Positions 28,260 to 38,836 are shown, counted from the stretch's first letter. The stretch is 64,000 nucleotides of DNA from an uncultured Solirubrobacterales bacterium (GCA_963723555.1 CAVRRC010000004.1:41643-105642), one strand, 5' to 3'. Notes: generated by a model from the letters alone, not told the origin. Numbers and translations are program-made.

Positions 28260-28774
28260 CTGCCCGGCGGCGGGCTCTCGGAGCCGGAGCCCGCGCTCCC
28301 AGAGCCGGAGGCCGCGGTCCCAGGGCCGGCAGACGCGCCGGCGCCCACGGCCGCGGTGATCTCGCCGATGGCCGCCCGCTCAGGGTAGCTGACGGTGGCG
28401 CCATCCTCTCGGTGCGCGTTGGCCACTTTCTCCGCCAGCGTGAGCACGAACTTGCGATAGCCCTCGACCTCGTCCGGGCTCGCCTTGCCCTCGAGCAGCG
28501 CCACCGCGTCGCGCAGCTGCTGGAGGCCATGCTGCCTGAGCTCGTCGTAGGAGTGGTAGCGGGTGTGGTCGATCTCGGGCTTGGCCGCGACGATCTCGTC
28601 GAGCAGCTGGCTCGCCCCGTGCTGCTGGCGCGCCTCCACGTAGGCCTTGGCGATCGCGAACGTCTCCCGGATCGTGCCCCCGCGCCCGGCGGTGACCACG
28701 ATCATGCCGGCGCTCGGCGGCGCCTCGAGCACGAGCTTCCACTCCTGCTCTGTGAAGTCAGCCCTTCCCGTCAT
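28256..28774 (-). CDS. Hypothetical protein with a Gly/Ser/Ala-rich tail
   Basis: 172-aa ORF with protein-like composition (FTEQEWKLVLEAPPSAGMIVV...). It converges on the oxygenase gene with a 4-nt stop overlap. Confidence 0.55.
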   Translation of the reverse strand: MTGRADFTEQEWKLVLEAPPSAGMIVVTAGRGGTIRETFAIAKAYVEARQQHGASQLLDEIVAAKPEIDHTRYHSYDELRQHGLQQLRDAVALLEGKASPDEVEGYRKFVLTLAEKVANAHREDGATVSYPERAAIGEITAAVGAGASAGPGTAASGSGSAGSGSESPPPGS

Positions 28775-28885
28775 CGCGTGCTCCTCTCGTAGGCTTGGCG
28801 CTCTCCGTGACGGGTAGAGTGGCGCACTATGGCCGACGATGACTCCGAGATCGGCCCCGGCACCGGCGCAGCGCCGAGCAAGAGC

Positions 28886-29473
28886 TCAGCCGCCCGCGCC
28901 GCGAAGATAGCTGAAGCGATTCTGCGCGCGCCATTGCTCGGCCCGGATCGCCCACCGCTCGTGGTCGCGCCACCGTTCGCCGACCTTCAGGTAGCGCTCC
29001 GAGAATCCCTCGCGGACGAAGCCGCAGCGCTGAACCAGCGCGATCGAGCCGGTGTTCCCGGGCTGGATGTTGGCCTCCAGACGATGAAGGTGGAGCTCGT
29101 CGAATGCCCGCGCCAGCATCAGCCGCATGGCCTCGGTCATGTACCCGTGCCCGGCGTACGCCGCCAGGGCGCCGTAGCCGACGAACGCGCTCTGGAGCGA
29201 GCCGCGGATGATCTCGCCGAGGTTGACGAAGCCGACGATCGCACCGTCCTGGCGACGGCACGCGAGCATCGGGTCGAACCGGTCATCGTCGACCCGGCGG
29301 AGCAGCGTGTCGAATGCTTCGGACGTGGTCGGGGCCTCCAGCCACGGACGGTGGAGCTTGCGGCTGGCTCGCATGGCGGCCAGGAACGGATCGCGGTCCC
29401 CGGGGGTCGGCGGACGCAACTCGACGCGCGACGCGGCGCGCCAGCCTGATCTCGGTGGCATCCCGACGATCAT
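28886..29473 (-). CDS. GNAT-family N-acetyltransferase (RimJ/RimL-like)
   Basis: GHGYMTEAMRLMLARAFDELHLHRLEANIQPGNTGSIALVQRCGFVREG matches the RimJ-like pattern. Confidence 0.85.
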   Translation of the reverse strand: MIVGMPPRSGWRAASRVELRPPTPGDRDPFLAAMRASRKLHRPWLEAPTTSEAFDTLLRRVDDDRFDPMLACRRQDGAIVGFVNLGEIIRGSLQSAFVGYGALAAYAGHGYMTEAMRLMLARAFDELHLHRLEANIQPGNTGSIALVQRCGFVREGFSERYLKVGERWRDHERWAIRAEQWRAQNRFSYLRGAGG

Positions 29474-29494
29474 CTCGCCAAACGCCGGCGGATG

Positions 29495-29785
29495 TCAGCG
29501 GGCCGCGACGAACCCCTGCAGCAGGGCGGCGTCGCCGTTCGACTCGCCGCTGAGCCGGGAGGCCACGAGGTCGACCTGAACGGCGTACATCAGCGCGGCC
29601 GCGTCCTCTCGATCGAGCGCGGCCACGTACGCCGCGTAGGCCAGCGCCCGGTCCGGCACCGATGCATCTGAGAACCGCTGGTAGGCAGCATGCACCTCGG
29701 CGCATTCTTCTCTCCACGCGCAGTAGAACTCGAGCAGCCGATCGATCAGCTCGGCGTGGCGTTCGAGGGCGTTCGTGGCCTGCAT
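29495..29785 (-). CDS. Hypothetical protein
   Basis: 96 aa from ATG 29785, helical-looking. The rest of the 266-aa ORF overlaps the next gene and looks like a GC artefact. Confidence 0.35.
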   Translation of the reverse strand: MQATNALERHAELIDRLLEFYCAWREECAEVHAAYQRFSDASVPDRALAYAAYVAALDREDAAALMYAVQVDLVASRLSGESNGDAALLQGFVAAR

Positions 29786-29900
29786 GAAGCTGAAGCTAGT
29801 CCCGGCGGCGGCGGTTGAGAAGCACCAATCTGGCTTCGGATCTCCGGTCCAATCCGAGCCCGGCGTGGGCCGGTCCGCCCGAAGAACCGCCGGAGAGGCG

Positions 29901-30905
29901 TCAGACGGGCTCCGCGACGATGCTGATCCCGGCGGCCGACAGGTACGGATCGAGCCGCGCCAGCTCGACCACGCCCTCGGGGCCGAAGGCTCCGCGCGGG
30001 AGAACCGCGCGCGCTCGCGCATCCTGGAGGGCGTGGGCGAGCGCCAGCGTCGCGTGGGCCGCGCCCAGGTAGTCCCCGGCGCAGCGGATCGTCCTCGCCG
30101 CGATCCGGCTTCCTCGCCGCCGTAGGCAGACCCAATGGGCCACCGGCTCGCTGCTGGGGCCCGCTCGATCGGCGGCGACGGCGACCGGGCGCGACAGCTC
30201 CGCGAACGCGCCGCGCTCGTTCCGGGCCAGCAGAGAGTCGTGCACCGGGCGCTCGACGAAGCAGGCGTACGAACGCACCGGTCGCCAGCCCGCAAGATCG
30301 CCGATCCAGCCTCGCTCCGGTTCGGCGAAGCCGAGGCACTTGCGGGTCCCGAACGGGGGTGGGAGGGGCACCTCGACCGTGTCGTGCCGGGACCTCGCCG
30401 TCAGATGGCGATGTACGAACTCCGTGCCGCCGGGCCCGCAGGTCGCGGCGGCCGAGAACGTGAACACGACCTCGACCTCGTCGGCCTCGGGATGGGCCGT
30501 CAGCAGCTCGGCCGCGACCAGGTTGGTCAGCCCCGGGGCGATCCCCGCGCCGACCACGACCGTGCCGTGGGCGCCGGAGTGCAGCGCGCTCAGCGGCTCG
30601 ACGTAGGCGACCGGCAACGCGGACGTGTTCAGGAGAACGCCGCCGTGCTCGATCACGAATCGCTCCGCGGTGGCGCCGGTGTGCGGGACGGTGTTGATGA
30701 CGACGTCGACCCCCTCAAGCCCGGCGCGGATCGTCGCCGGCCGGTCGAGGTCGATCTGGCGCCAGCCGTCGTCGCGGTGGGCGACGCGGCTTCCCCGGAA
30801 CACCTCCCAGCCCGCGTCCTCGAACACCTGCGCGCTGAGCGAGCCCAGCGCGCCGCCACCACCGATGACCAGCGCGCGCTCGCCGGTTGTCCCCAGCATG
30901 TGCAC
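29901..30905 (-). CDS. NAD(P)-binding saccharopine-dehydrogenase-like protein
   Basis: N-terminal Rossmann motif (ALVIGGGGALGS) and VVINTV. Confidence 0.65.
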   Translation of the reverse strand: MHMLGTTGERALVIGGGGALGSLSAQVFEDAGWEVFRGSRVAHRDDGWRQIDLDRPATIRAGLEGVDVVINTVPHTGATAERFVIEHGGVLLNTSALPVAYVEPLSALHSGAHGTVVVGAGIAPGLTNLVAAELLTAHPEADEVEVVFTFSAAATCGPGGTEFVHRHLTARSRHDTVEVPLPPPFGTRKCLGFAEPERGWIGDLAGWRPVRSYACFVERPVHDSLLARNERGAFAELSRPVAVAADRAGPSSEPVAHWVCLRRRGSRIAARTIRCAGDYLGAAHATLALAHALQDARARAVLPRGAFGPEGVVELARLDPYLSAAGISIVAEPV

Positions 30906-30971
30906 GCGGCCACCCTAGGTCAGACATTGGACCTTCGCCAAGGACCAATCACTGGCTACGATCTAAGACCA

Positions 30972-32339
30972 ATGGACCTGCTCGTCAAGTTCGAGCCAGG
31001 TGCACCGCTGCATCGGCAGTTAGAGCGCCAGCTGCGGGACGCGATCCGCGCCGGCCGCCTGCGTCCGGGAGTCTCGCTCCCCGCGACCCGGATGCTCGCG
31101 GATGAGCTCGACGTCTCGCGGGGAGTCGTGGTCGAGGCGTACTCGCAACTGATCGCCGAGGGGTACCTCGTCGCCCGGCGGGGCGCCGGCACCGTCGTCG
31201 CCCATGCCTCCACCCCGCGCGACGGCGCCGCCGCCAGAGAGCGAAGCGGATCGCGGCGGATCCTCTACGACCTGCGGCCCGGCCAGCCTGACTTCGCGTC
31301 CTTCCCCCGCCAGCGGCTTCTCGCCGCCACATCGCGCGCCATGCGCCGGGTCCCCGACAGCGATCTCACCTACGGCGACCCTCGTGGCGTCAAGGAGCTG
31401 CGCACGGCCGTCAGCGACTACGTCGGACGCGTGCGCGCGGCGGTCGCCGAGCCCGAGAACGTGGTCGTGTCCTCCGGTCTGGCCCACGGGCTGACCAACG
31501 TCTGGTTCGCGCTGCGGCAACGCGGCGCGAAACGGGTGGCGGTCGAGGATCCGGGCTGGCGCTGGCAGGCGCGCACGGCCGAACATGCCGGCCTGACTCC
31601 GGTCCCGGTCCCGGTCGACGACCGAGGACTGGTGGTCGAGGAGCTCGAGCGGTTGAACGTCGACGCGGTCGCGGTGACACCCGCCCATCATTTCCCCACC
31701 GGCGTCGTGATGAGCCCCGACCGGCGCTCGGCGCTGCTCGACTGGGCCCGCCGCCGTGACGCCCTGATCCTCGAGGACGACTACGACGCCGAGTACCGCT
31801 ATGACCGCGAGCCCGTCGCAGCCCTCCAGGGCATGGATCCCGATCACGTCGCCTTCTGCGCCACGGCCAGCAAGACACTGGCGCCGGCCATGCGCATTGG
31901 CTGGATCCTCCTGCCGCGCCGTTACGTCGAGGACGTCACCAAGCAGTACGTCGTCACCTGGGCCAGCCCGTCGTCCGTCCAGCAGATCGCGCTGGCCGAT
32001 TTCCTCTCCTCGGGCGAGCTCGACCGTCACATGCGCCGCACCCGCCGCCTGTACCGACGCCGCCGGGACGCGCTGGCAGCGGCGCTGGCCGAGTACCTGC
32101 CCCAGGTTCGGATCGGGGGGGCGGCGGCCGGGCTGCATCTGCTGGCGTGGCTCCCCGAAGGCGCGGACGAGAGCGCGATCGCCGGCGCCGCCCGCCGGCG
32201 CGGGGTGGCAGTGCACGCGATCCACCGCCACTGCACGTGCGTGGCGCCGATGCCGCCGGCGCTGATCCTCGGCTATGCACAGCTGGCCGAGCCCGCCCTG
32301 CGCCACGCGGTGCAGGAGCTCAGCGCCGTCATGGGCTAG
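30972..32339 (+). CDS. MocR/PdxR-type regulator (GntR wHTH fused to an aminotransferase-like PLP domain)
   Basis: N-terminal GntR HTH (LPATRMLADELDVSRGVVVEAYSQLIAEGYL) plus a fold-type-I aminotransferase-like domain (TPAHHFPTG, ATASKTLAP). Divergent from the dehydrogenase-like gene. Confidence 0.85.
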   Translation: MDLLVKFEPGAPLHRQLERQLRDAIRAGRLRPGVSLPATRMLADELDVSRGVVVEAYSQLIAEGYLVARRGAGTVVAHASTPRDGAAARERSGSRRILYDLRPGQPDFASFPRQRLLAATSRAMRRVPDSDLTYGDPRGVKELRTAVSDYVGRVRAAVAEPENVVVSSGLAHGLTNVWFALRQRGAKRVAVEDPGWRWQARTAEHAGLTPVPVPVDDRGLVVEELERLNVDAVAVTPAHHFPTGVVMSPDRRSALLDWARRRDALILEDDYDAEYRYDREPVAALQGMDPDHVAFCATASKTLAPAMRIGWILLPRRYVEDVTKQYVVTWASPSSVQQIALADFLSSGELDRHMRRTRRLYRRRRDALAAALAEYLPQVRIGGAAAGLHLLAWLPEGADESAIAGAARRRGVAVHAIHRHCTCVAPMPPALILGYAQLAEPALRHAVQELSAVMG

Positions 32340-32516
32340 ATGGAATCAATCAACTGAGGGCGCGCTCGGGATCCAGCCTTCCGGGTGGTCCCTTGAACCG
32401 GCCGTCAATTGGATCTTCTCGGCTGCTCGTGGCGCGCCTAGATTCGGCGGCGAGCGGTCACGAGGAGCCCGGCGATGAATCTCGGGCCGAGGCGATGTCT
32501 AAACCGATGAAGGCTG

Positions 32517-34016
32517 ATGAGCATCGACGGAAAGGAACCAGGAGCTATGACCCCGGATAACCGAAACCGCTGGATTGCCCTGATCCTGTTGTGCATGGGG
32601 TCGCTGATGATCGTCCTCGACACGACGATCGTGAACGTGGCGCTGCCGTCGATTCGTGGCGACCTGCACTTCTCGCAGACATCGCTGGCGTGGGTGGTGA
32701 ACGCCTACATGCTGACCTTCGGCGGCTTTCTGCTGCTGGGCGGACGGCTCGGCGACCACTTCGGCCACCGCCGGCTGTTCATCGGCGGGATCGCCCTGTT
32801 CACGCTGGCCTCGCTCGCGTGCGGGCTCGCCGACGCGAGGGGCCTGCTCGTCGCCGCGCGAGCGGTCCAGGGGTTCGGCGGCGCCGTTGTCTCGGCGGTC
32901 TCGCTGTCGCTGATCGTGTCCCTGTTCGTCGAGCCCGCCGACCGGGCCAAGGCGATGGGCGTGTTCGGATTCGTGGCTGCCGGCGGCGGCACGATCGGGG
33001 TTCTGCTCGGCGGCGTGCTGACCGATCTCCTCGACTGGCACTGGATCTTTCTCGTCAACGTCCCGATCGGCATGGGCGTCTCGCTGGCGTCGCTGCGGGT
33101 GCTGCCGGCCGGCCGCCCGAGTGAGACCCGCAGCCGCCTCGACGTGGCCGGCGCGGTGATCGTGACCTCCGGGCTGATGCTCGCCGTGTACGCGATCGTC
33201 AACGGCAACCACGCCGGGTGGCTCTCGGCTCAGACCATCGGTCTGCTGGCGGCCGCGGCGGCGCTGATCGCGACCTTCCTCGTCGTCGAGTCGCGGGTCC
33301 GCTCGCCGCTGATGCCCCTCGGTCTGTTCCGGCGCCGCAACCTCTCGACGGCCAACGGCGTCGGCGTGCTGTGGGCGGCGGCGATGTTCGCCTGGTTCTT
33401 CCTCTCCGCGCTGTATCTGCAGTTGGTCCTCGGCTACAGCCCGCTCGAGGTCGGGCTCGCATTCCTGCCCGCGAACCTGATCATGGCGGCGCTGTCGCTC
33501 GGTCTGTCGGCCAAGCTCGTGATGCGGTTCGGGATCAAGCCGCCGCTCGTCTGCGGCCTGGGGCTGGCCGCGGTCGGCCTCGCGCTGCTGGCACGCGTGC
33601 CGGTGCACGGCCACTTCGTCGTCGATGTGCTGCCCAGCATGATGCTCCTCGGCTTCGGCGCCGGGACCGCGTTCAACCCGGTGCTGCTGGCGGCGATGGG
33701 GGATGTCGAGCAGAGCGAGGCCGGCCTGGCCTCGGGGATCGTCAACACCTCGTTCATGATGGGCGGCGCGCTGGGGCTGGCGGTCCTGGCCAGCGTCGCC
33801 GCGTCGCGCACCGGCCACCTGCTCGCGGACGGCGACAGCCATCTCAGCGCGCTGGTGGGCGGCTACCACGTCGCCTTCATGATCGGGGCCGCGTTTGCCG
33901 CGCTCGCCGCCGTCCTGAGCGCCTGGCTCTTGCGAGCGCCGGCCGGCGAACCGTCGGCCGAGTACGGCGAGGGCGTCGCCCACCGCGAGCGCGAGCTTGC
34001 CGAGGCGAACGCGTAA
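32517..34016 (+). CDS. MFS transporter, DHA2 (EmrB/QacA-like, 14-TM) family
   Basis: LDTTIVNVALPSI and GGRLGDHFGHRR motifs, with many TM helices. The start is either 32517 or 32547. Confidence 0.85.
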   Translation: MSIDGKEPGAMTPDNRNRWIALILLCMGSLMIVLDTTIVNVALPSIRGDLHFSQTSLAWVVNAYMLTFGGFLLLGGRLGDHFGHRRLFIGGIALFTLASLACGLADARGLLVAARAVQGFGGAVVSAVSLSLIVSLFVEPADRAKAMGVFGFVAAGGGTIGVLLGGVLTDLLDWHWIFLVNVPIGMGVSLASLRVLPAGRPSETRSRLDVAGAVIVTSGLMLAVYAIVNGNHAGWLSAQTIGLLAAAAALIATFLVVESRVRSPLMPLGLFRRRNLSTANGVGVLWAAAMFAWFFLSALYLQLVLGYSPLEVGLAFLPANLIMAALSLGLSAKLVMRFGIKPPLVCGLGLAAVGLALLARVPVHGHFVVDVLPSMMLLGFGAGTAFNPVLLAAMGDVEQSEAGLASGIVNTSFMMGGALGLAVLASVAASRTGHLLADGDSHLSALVGGYHVAFMIGAAFAALAAVLSAWLLRAPAGEPSAEYGEGVAHRERELAEANA

Positions 34017-34083
34017 GCGCGCGTCAAGCTGTGCGCCCGCGGCCCGCTCACGGTCGGCCCCACTCCATTAGGCTGAGACGGCC

Positions 34084-34452
34084 ATGCCGCGCAACCCGGA
34101 CCCGATCACGCTGTTCGACGTCGCCAAGCGGGCGGTCGAGATCTGCGACCCGGGCGCCGACGATTCCCGGCTCGGCGAGCTTCTGGCCCAGTTCGAGGAT
34201 TCCGACGAGCCCGTGACGGCGATCCAGAACCTCGAGGAGCGGGCCGCGATCGCGGCCGAAGGCGTCGACGTCGGAATCGAGGATCCGGCAGTCTCGATGG
34301 CCGTGGCCACAATCCTCTATCTGGCCCGTCGCCGCGACGAGCTCCACGACCACCCGAGCAAGATCCTCCGCCTCGCCGCCCGGGCGGAGTGGAAGGGCGA
34401 TCCGCCCGAGCAGGTGGTCGAGTGGCTTGCCGATCGCGGCGTCGCGGTATGA
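34084..34452 (+). CDS. Hypothetical acidic protein
   Basis: 122-aa ORF with an ATG start and protein-like composition. No family recognised. Confidence 0.45.
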   Translation: MPRNPDPITLFDVAKRAVEICDPGADDSRLGELLAQFEDSDEPVTAIQNLEERAAIAAEGVDVGIEDPAVSMAVATILYLARRRDELHDHPSKILRLAARAEWKGDPPEQVVEWLADRGVAV

Positions 34453-34610
34453 ACGGCGCCCCGGGTCGCCTTCGAGCGGCGCCCCGGCCACCGTGGCGCT
34501 AGGGTGAGCTGATCGCCTACGAGCCGCAGCTGATCATCGAGATTCCACGCGCCGGCGCCGTCGACCGGCAGCTCACGGAGCAGCCGCCGCCGGGCATCGC
34601 CGGCGTTGAC

Positions 34611-34883
34611 GTGGTGGTCGAACGCGGACCGACCGACGAGGAGGGCGTGCTCGAGCCGCCCAGCGCCGGCGAGGTCGTGCTGTCCGTGCCCTCGCCGGAG
34701 GCGCTGGCGCGCGAGGCCGACGAGGTCCGCCGCGTGATCGCGCACGCGGGCATCGGCCTCGAGCCGCTCGTGGTCGAGGTCGAGGCCGCCGATGAGCTGC
34801 GCAAGGAGGAGTTGGCCGCGGTGCTCGAGGCTGCGGCTCAGAGCACGCGCCCGGTGATCCTGCGCATCATCCGAAACGCCTGA
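34611..34883 (+). CDS. Hypothetical acidic protein (start unresolved)
   Basis: The frame is open from 34503, but the first canonical start is GTG 34611. Confidence 0.3.
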   Translation: MVVERGPTDEEGVLEPPSAGEVVLSVPSPEALAREADEVRRVIAHAGIGLEPLVVEVEAADELRKEELAAVLEAAAQSTRPVILRIIRNA

Positions 34884-34899
34884 CCGGCGGCCGGCGGCT

Positions 34900-35253
34900 T
34901 CAGACGGGGTCCTGCGAGCTGTAGGGCTCGTCCTCGCCGCGCACGTCCCGGTAGCGGCGATCGAACAGCTCGAGCACCGCGGTCACGTCCGAGGGCCCGC
35001 GCAATCCGTGGCCGACCCCGACCGAGTCGGGCGTGGTCTCGGCCGGCTCCGCGTCACCGTGCTCGATCAGCTCGTCGTGCTCGCCTTCCAGGACGGCCAG
35101 CTCGGCGACGCCGCGATCGCGATATAGCACGCCGAGCTCGGCGTGCTCGTAGAGGACCAGGGCGGCGCCGTCGGCTCGCCGCTCGATCCGCACTCCGGGC
35201 CACGTGGCCAGCTCGTTGGCGACCTCGTCGACGAACGCGCTGGCGCGGGGCAT
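34900..35253 (-). CDS. Luciferase-domain (DUF5519-like) small protein
   Basis: The ELATWPGVRIE...AELGVLY pattern resembles the DUF5519 family. The call is from memory only. Confidence 0.5.
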   Translation of the reverse strand: MPRASAFVDEVANELATWPGVRIERRADGAALVLYEHAELGVLYRDRGVAELAVLEGEHDELIEHGDAEPAETTPDSVGVGHGLRGPSDVTAVLELFDRRYRDVRGEDEPYSSQDPV

Positions 35254-35267
35254 TGGCCGGATCCTAG

Positions 35268-35996
35268 CTACGCCCTGTGGTGGTTGACGACCTCGATGTT
35301 GTTGCCGTCCGGATCGAGCACGTAGGCGGCGTAGTAGCCGGGGTGATACCGGGGGCGCTCGCCCGGCAGGCCGTTGCTGCGGTAGCCGATGTCGGTCGCG
35401 GCCCGATGGAATCGATCGACATCGCCGTCGTCGTCGGTCGGAAAGGCCAGGTGGAGGTTCTCGGTCGCCGGTCCGGCCACGAGCGAGAACGAACCGCTGG
35501 CGCCGGCGAAGGCCACGCGCTCGGGCGTCTCGCGCGCCAGTCGCAGGCCGGCATGCGGCGCGATCGTCTCGTAGAACCGCTTGCTCGCCGCCAGGTCGGC
35601 GACGCGCACCCAGAGGTGGTCGATGATCCCTCCGCGGCGGAGCGTGTCGTGGGTGACGGCCTCGGCGCTGTTGCCGTCTGGATCGAGCAGGAACGCTCCG
35701 TAGTAGTCATCGCCGTACTGCGGCCTCGGGCCCGGCTGTCCATCGCTGGCGTATCCGGCCTCGGTCCCTGCTCGCCAGAACTCGTGGACCTGCTCGCGGG
35801 TGGGGGAGACGAAACCGACGTGGAGGCCCCGGGTCACCGGATGCCCGGGCTCGGCGCCGGTGAGCATGAACTCCCGCCACTCCGAGAACGACCCGGTCCG
35901 ATACGTCTCATCGATCCCGAGCCGCGTCAGGACGGCGTTGTAGAAGCGCTCCGACGCGGGCCTGTCGGCGACGCGGATCGTCACATGGTCGAACAC
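35268..35996 (-). CDS. Two-domain VOC (glyoxalase/bleomycin-resistance/dioxygenase) family protein
   Basis: Duplicated motifs (FDHVTIRV...FY and IDHLWVRV...FY; PDGNSAEAV and PDGNNIEVV). The proposed start is GTG 35996. Confidence 0.8.
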   Translation of the reverse strand: MFDHVTIRVADRPASERFYNAVLTRLGIDETYRTGSFSEWREFMLTGAEPGHPVTRGLHVGFVSPTREQVHEFWRAGTEAGYASDGQPGPRPQYGDDYYGAFLLDPDGNSAEAVTHDTLRRGGIIDHLWVRVADLAASKRFYETIAPHAGLRLARETPERVAFAGASGSFSLVAGPATENLHLAFPTDDDGDVDRFHRAATDIGYRSNGLPGERPRYHPGYYAAYVLDPDGNNIEVVNHHRA

Positions 35997-36057
35997 GGGC
36001 AAGCGACACTGTAGCCACGGCGAACCGGCGGCTCGCGGGGCGCGTAGTCTCCGCGCG

Positions 36058-37319
36058 ATGCGCGCGGAGCCGGAGCCAACGACCGATCTCGGCGCCATCC
36101 GCGCTCTGTGTGAGCAGACGCTGCGTCGCAGCTGGCGCGAGGGAGCCCGTGAAACCGACGGTGTGCGCTTTGCCTATACGCGCCCGAGTCCGGGTCATTA
36201 CCCGTTCCAGTGGTACTGGGACTCGTGCTTCACGGCGATTGTGTGGCGGCGGTTCGACCCGGCCCGCGCGCGAGCGGAGCTGGAGTCATTGCTGGCCGCG
36301 CAGCGCGAGGACGGGTTCATCGGGCACACGATCTTCTGGGACACGCCCCTGAACGAGCGCCAGCGGCTGACCTACAACGTGCTCTCGCCCGAGGCGCCGA
36401 CGACCGCGAGCATCCAGCCGCCGGTGCTCGCCTGGGCGTGGCGGATCGTGGTCGGCGAGCCGTCGCGGGTCCCGGCGATCGTGGCCCACTACGAGTGGCT
36501 GGCTCGCAATCGCGACCTCGACGGAGACGGGCTGATCTGGATCGTGCAGCCCGACGAGTCGGGCCTTGACTCCTCGCCGCAGTTCGATGCCGTCTGGGGC
36601 GCTCGCGCCCACGGCCTGCCCGCGTTTGTGCTCCTGGTGCACCGCAATCGCGAGCTCGGCTACGACCTGCGCCGCGTGCTCGACGCCGGCGGTCCGGTGT
36701 GCTGCGAGGTGGCGATGAACGTTTTGCATTCGTTGTCGCTGATGGCGCTCGGCCGGCCCTCGCTGACCGGCGCGATCGTGGCCCGGATGTACGACGAGCG
36801 AGCCGGTCTGTTCCGTCCCCTGGCCCGGCCCGAGCCGGACCACGTGCCCACGGTGACGTGGGCGGCGCTGGCACCGCTGGCGCTCCCGGATCTGCCCGAG
36901 GAGATCGGCCGGCGGCTCGTGGAGGAGCATCTGCTCGATCCGGGACGGTTCTGGCTGCCCGTCCCGCCGCCATCGGTCCCGGCCGGCGATCCCGCCTTCT
37001 CGGTCAAGGACACGACGCTCGGGCTGAGGCGTTACTGGCGCGGTCCCACCTGGATCAATGCTGCCTGGCTGGGTGGCTGGGGCTCGTCCGGCTCGGGTAC
37101 ACGACGCAGGCCGACGCGCTGCGCGCCCGCGTCGGCGCCGCCATCGGCGCCCATGGCCTGCGCGAGTACTACGACCCCTATACCGGGCGCGGGATGGGCG
37201 CGGTCGAGTTCGGCTGGTCGACGCTGGTGATGGAGATGCTCGAGCCGGACCCCCGCGCCCCGGCGAGCTATCTCGACGGGTACGCCACTACGAATCGGCG
37301 AGGAAGAACGGATTGCTGA
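36058..37319 (+). pseudogene. GH63-like (MGH1-type, six-hairpin) glycoside hydrolase with an apparent 1-nt frameshift near 37068-37078
   Basis: The N-terminal 340 aa (QWYWDSCF, DGLIWI, YWRGPTWINAAWL) are in one frame. The conserved C-terminus (WLGLVRLGY...GLREYYDPYTGRGMGAVEFGWSTLVMEML) continues in the frame of ORF 36699..37319. Confidence 0.65.
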
Positions 37320-38836
37320 TGTTCAACCCCGCGGCCTGCCCGAGCGCCCGCAGCTGCTGAAGCCACAGCGTGTAGTAGGTGACCACGACGGGCGGGATCG
37401 CCTGCTTGTCCTTGCCCGTCTGTGGCACGGGGACACCACGCGGGAGCGGGGTACTCGGGCTGGGGCGCGACGACGCCTCAACCCCGAGGCGGTTCATCTC
37501 GATCGCCCGGCCGTAAAGCCCGGGCGCCGGGACCCTGGTCGGGGGCCGCCGCTGGGCGGCCGCGATCGAGGGGAAGCTGCCCACCCGGGTGATGAAGTTG
37601 CGGTTGGGAGCGCCGACGACGCCAGACCACAGCAACTTCGTGTCGCTGCGGTTCCAGTTGAACTCGGGCACGACGTTGCGAAAGTCGGTGAGCTCCCGCA
37701 GATCGTGGGTGCGGACATCGACCATGAACAGGTCGCTGCGGAAGTTGGGGTCGGAGAAGTCGGCCAGAAACTGGATCGTGCCCGTCGAGCCGGCGTCCGG
37801 CGCATCGAAGCCAGTGCGCTGGGCGGCGGCGATGACCTGGTCATACCACGAGCCGGTGGGCGAGTTGCGGTTGCTCATGAAGATCACCTCGCGCATGTCG
37901 GGGGTGAACGCTGCCTGCTCCTGGTAGACGGGGAGGTCATCGGTGATCTGGGTCACGCGCGGGTGGGCCGGGGACGCGCCGCGACCGTAGAGCCGCATGA
38001 AGTACAACTGTTGGTGCATCCACCCGGGCGGCGTCGACTGGTAGGGCGACTCGCGGGGGCCAAACGCGGTGAACAAAAAGCCGCTTCCATCGGGCGCCCA
38101 GTGCTGGGTCTCGTACACGCCGTAGGCGGGGCCGACGACCCGCACGTGAGTCAGATGGGGCTTGCCGTGCCTGGCGGCGACGAAGTCGGCGAGCATGATC
38201 TCCCAGCGCTGACCTCCTTGCGAGAGCGGGTAGGCCTCCGTCCTGGTCCAGACCAGATGGCGGCCGTCGGGGGACCAGTAGGGGTGGTAGTTGTCGTAGG
38301 CAATGCCGCCCGGCACGTCGTACTCGAGGCCGTTGCCGGGGTCGCTGCTCCTGGTCAGCCGGGTCACGTCGCTCCCATTGGGGCGCATCACGTACAGGTC
38401 CCCGCCGTAGCCGCCCAAGCATGGATTCCCGAAGTGCTCGGGCTGCTCGCCGTAGGAGCAGAACAGGATCCAGCCGCCCTGAGGCCGCTGCTCGGGGAAG
38501 CCGTTGGGGCCGCGCAGCCTCCCGCAGGTCAGGCAGTGCATGCCCGAGCCGTCCAGCCGGGATCGGTAGACCTGCAGGATCCCGGAGCGGTCGTCCTCCT
38601 GGGAGAGCACATCGCCGGTGCGCGTCCAGGTCGGCGTCTGCCCGAAGGTGTGAGAGTTCGCGGTGGACTTGGAACGGGGCCGAGAAGTACGGCCCGGGGA
38701 CGGACGGCGCGTCGGCGGCTCGCGCGCCGGCAGCGAGGGCCCCGGCCGGCGCCACCACCGCGGCCGGCGCCACCGCGGCCAGCGCCACCGCCGCCGCGGC
38801 GGCGAGCCCGATCGATCCGAGGGCGTGGCGGCGCAC
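37288..38836 (-). pseudogene. Secreted PD40/TolB-like beta-propeller protein; the signal peptide and mature domain are in different frames
   Basis: GTG 38836 opens MRRHALGSIGLAAAAAVALAAVAPA... (ORF 37937..38836 frame). The PD40-repeat body (YWSPDGRHLVWTR, FTPDMREVIFMSNR) is in the 37288..39288 frame. The switch is needed around 38660-38700. Confidence 0.6.
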
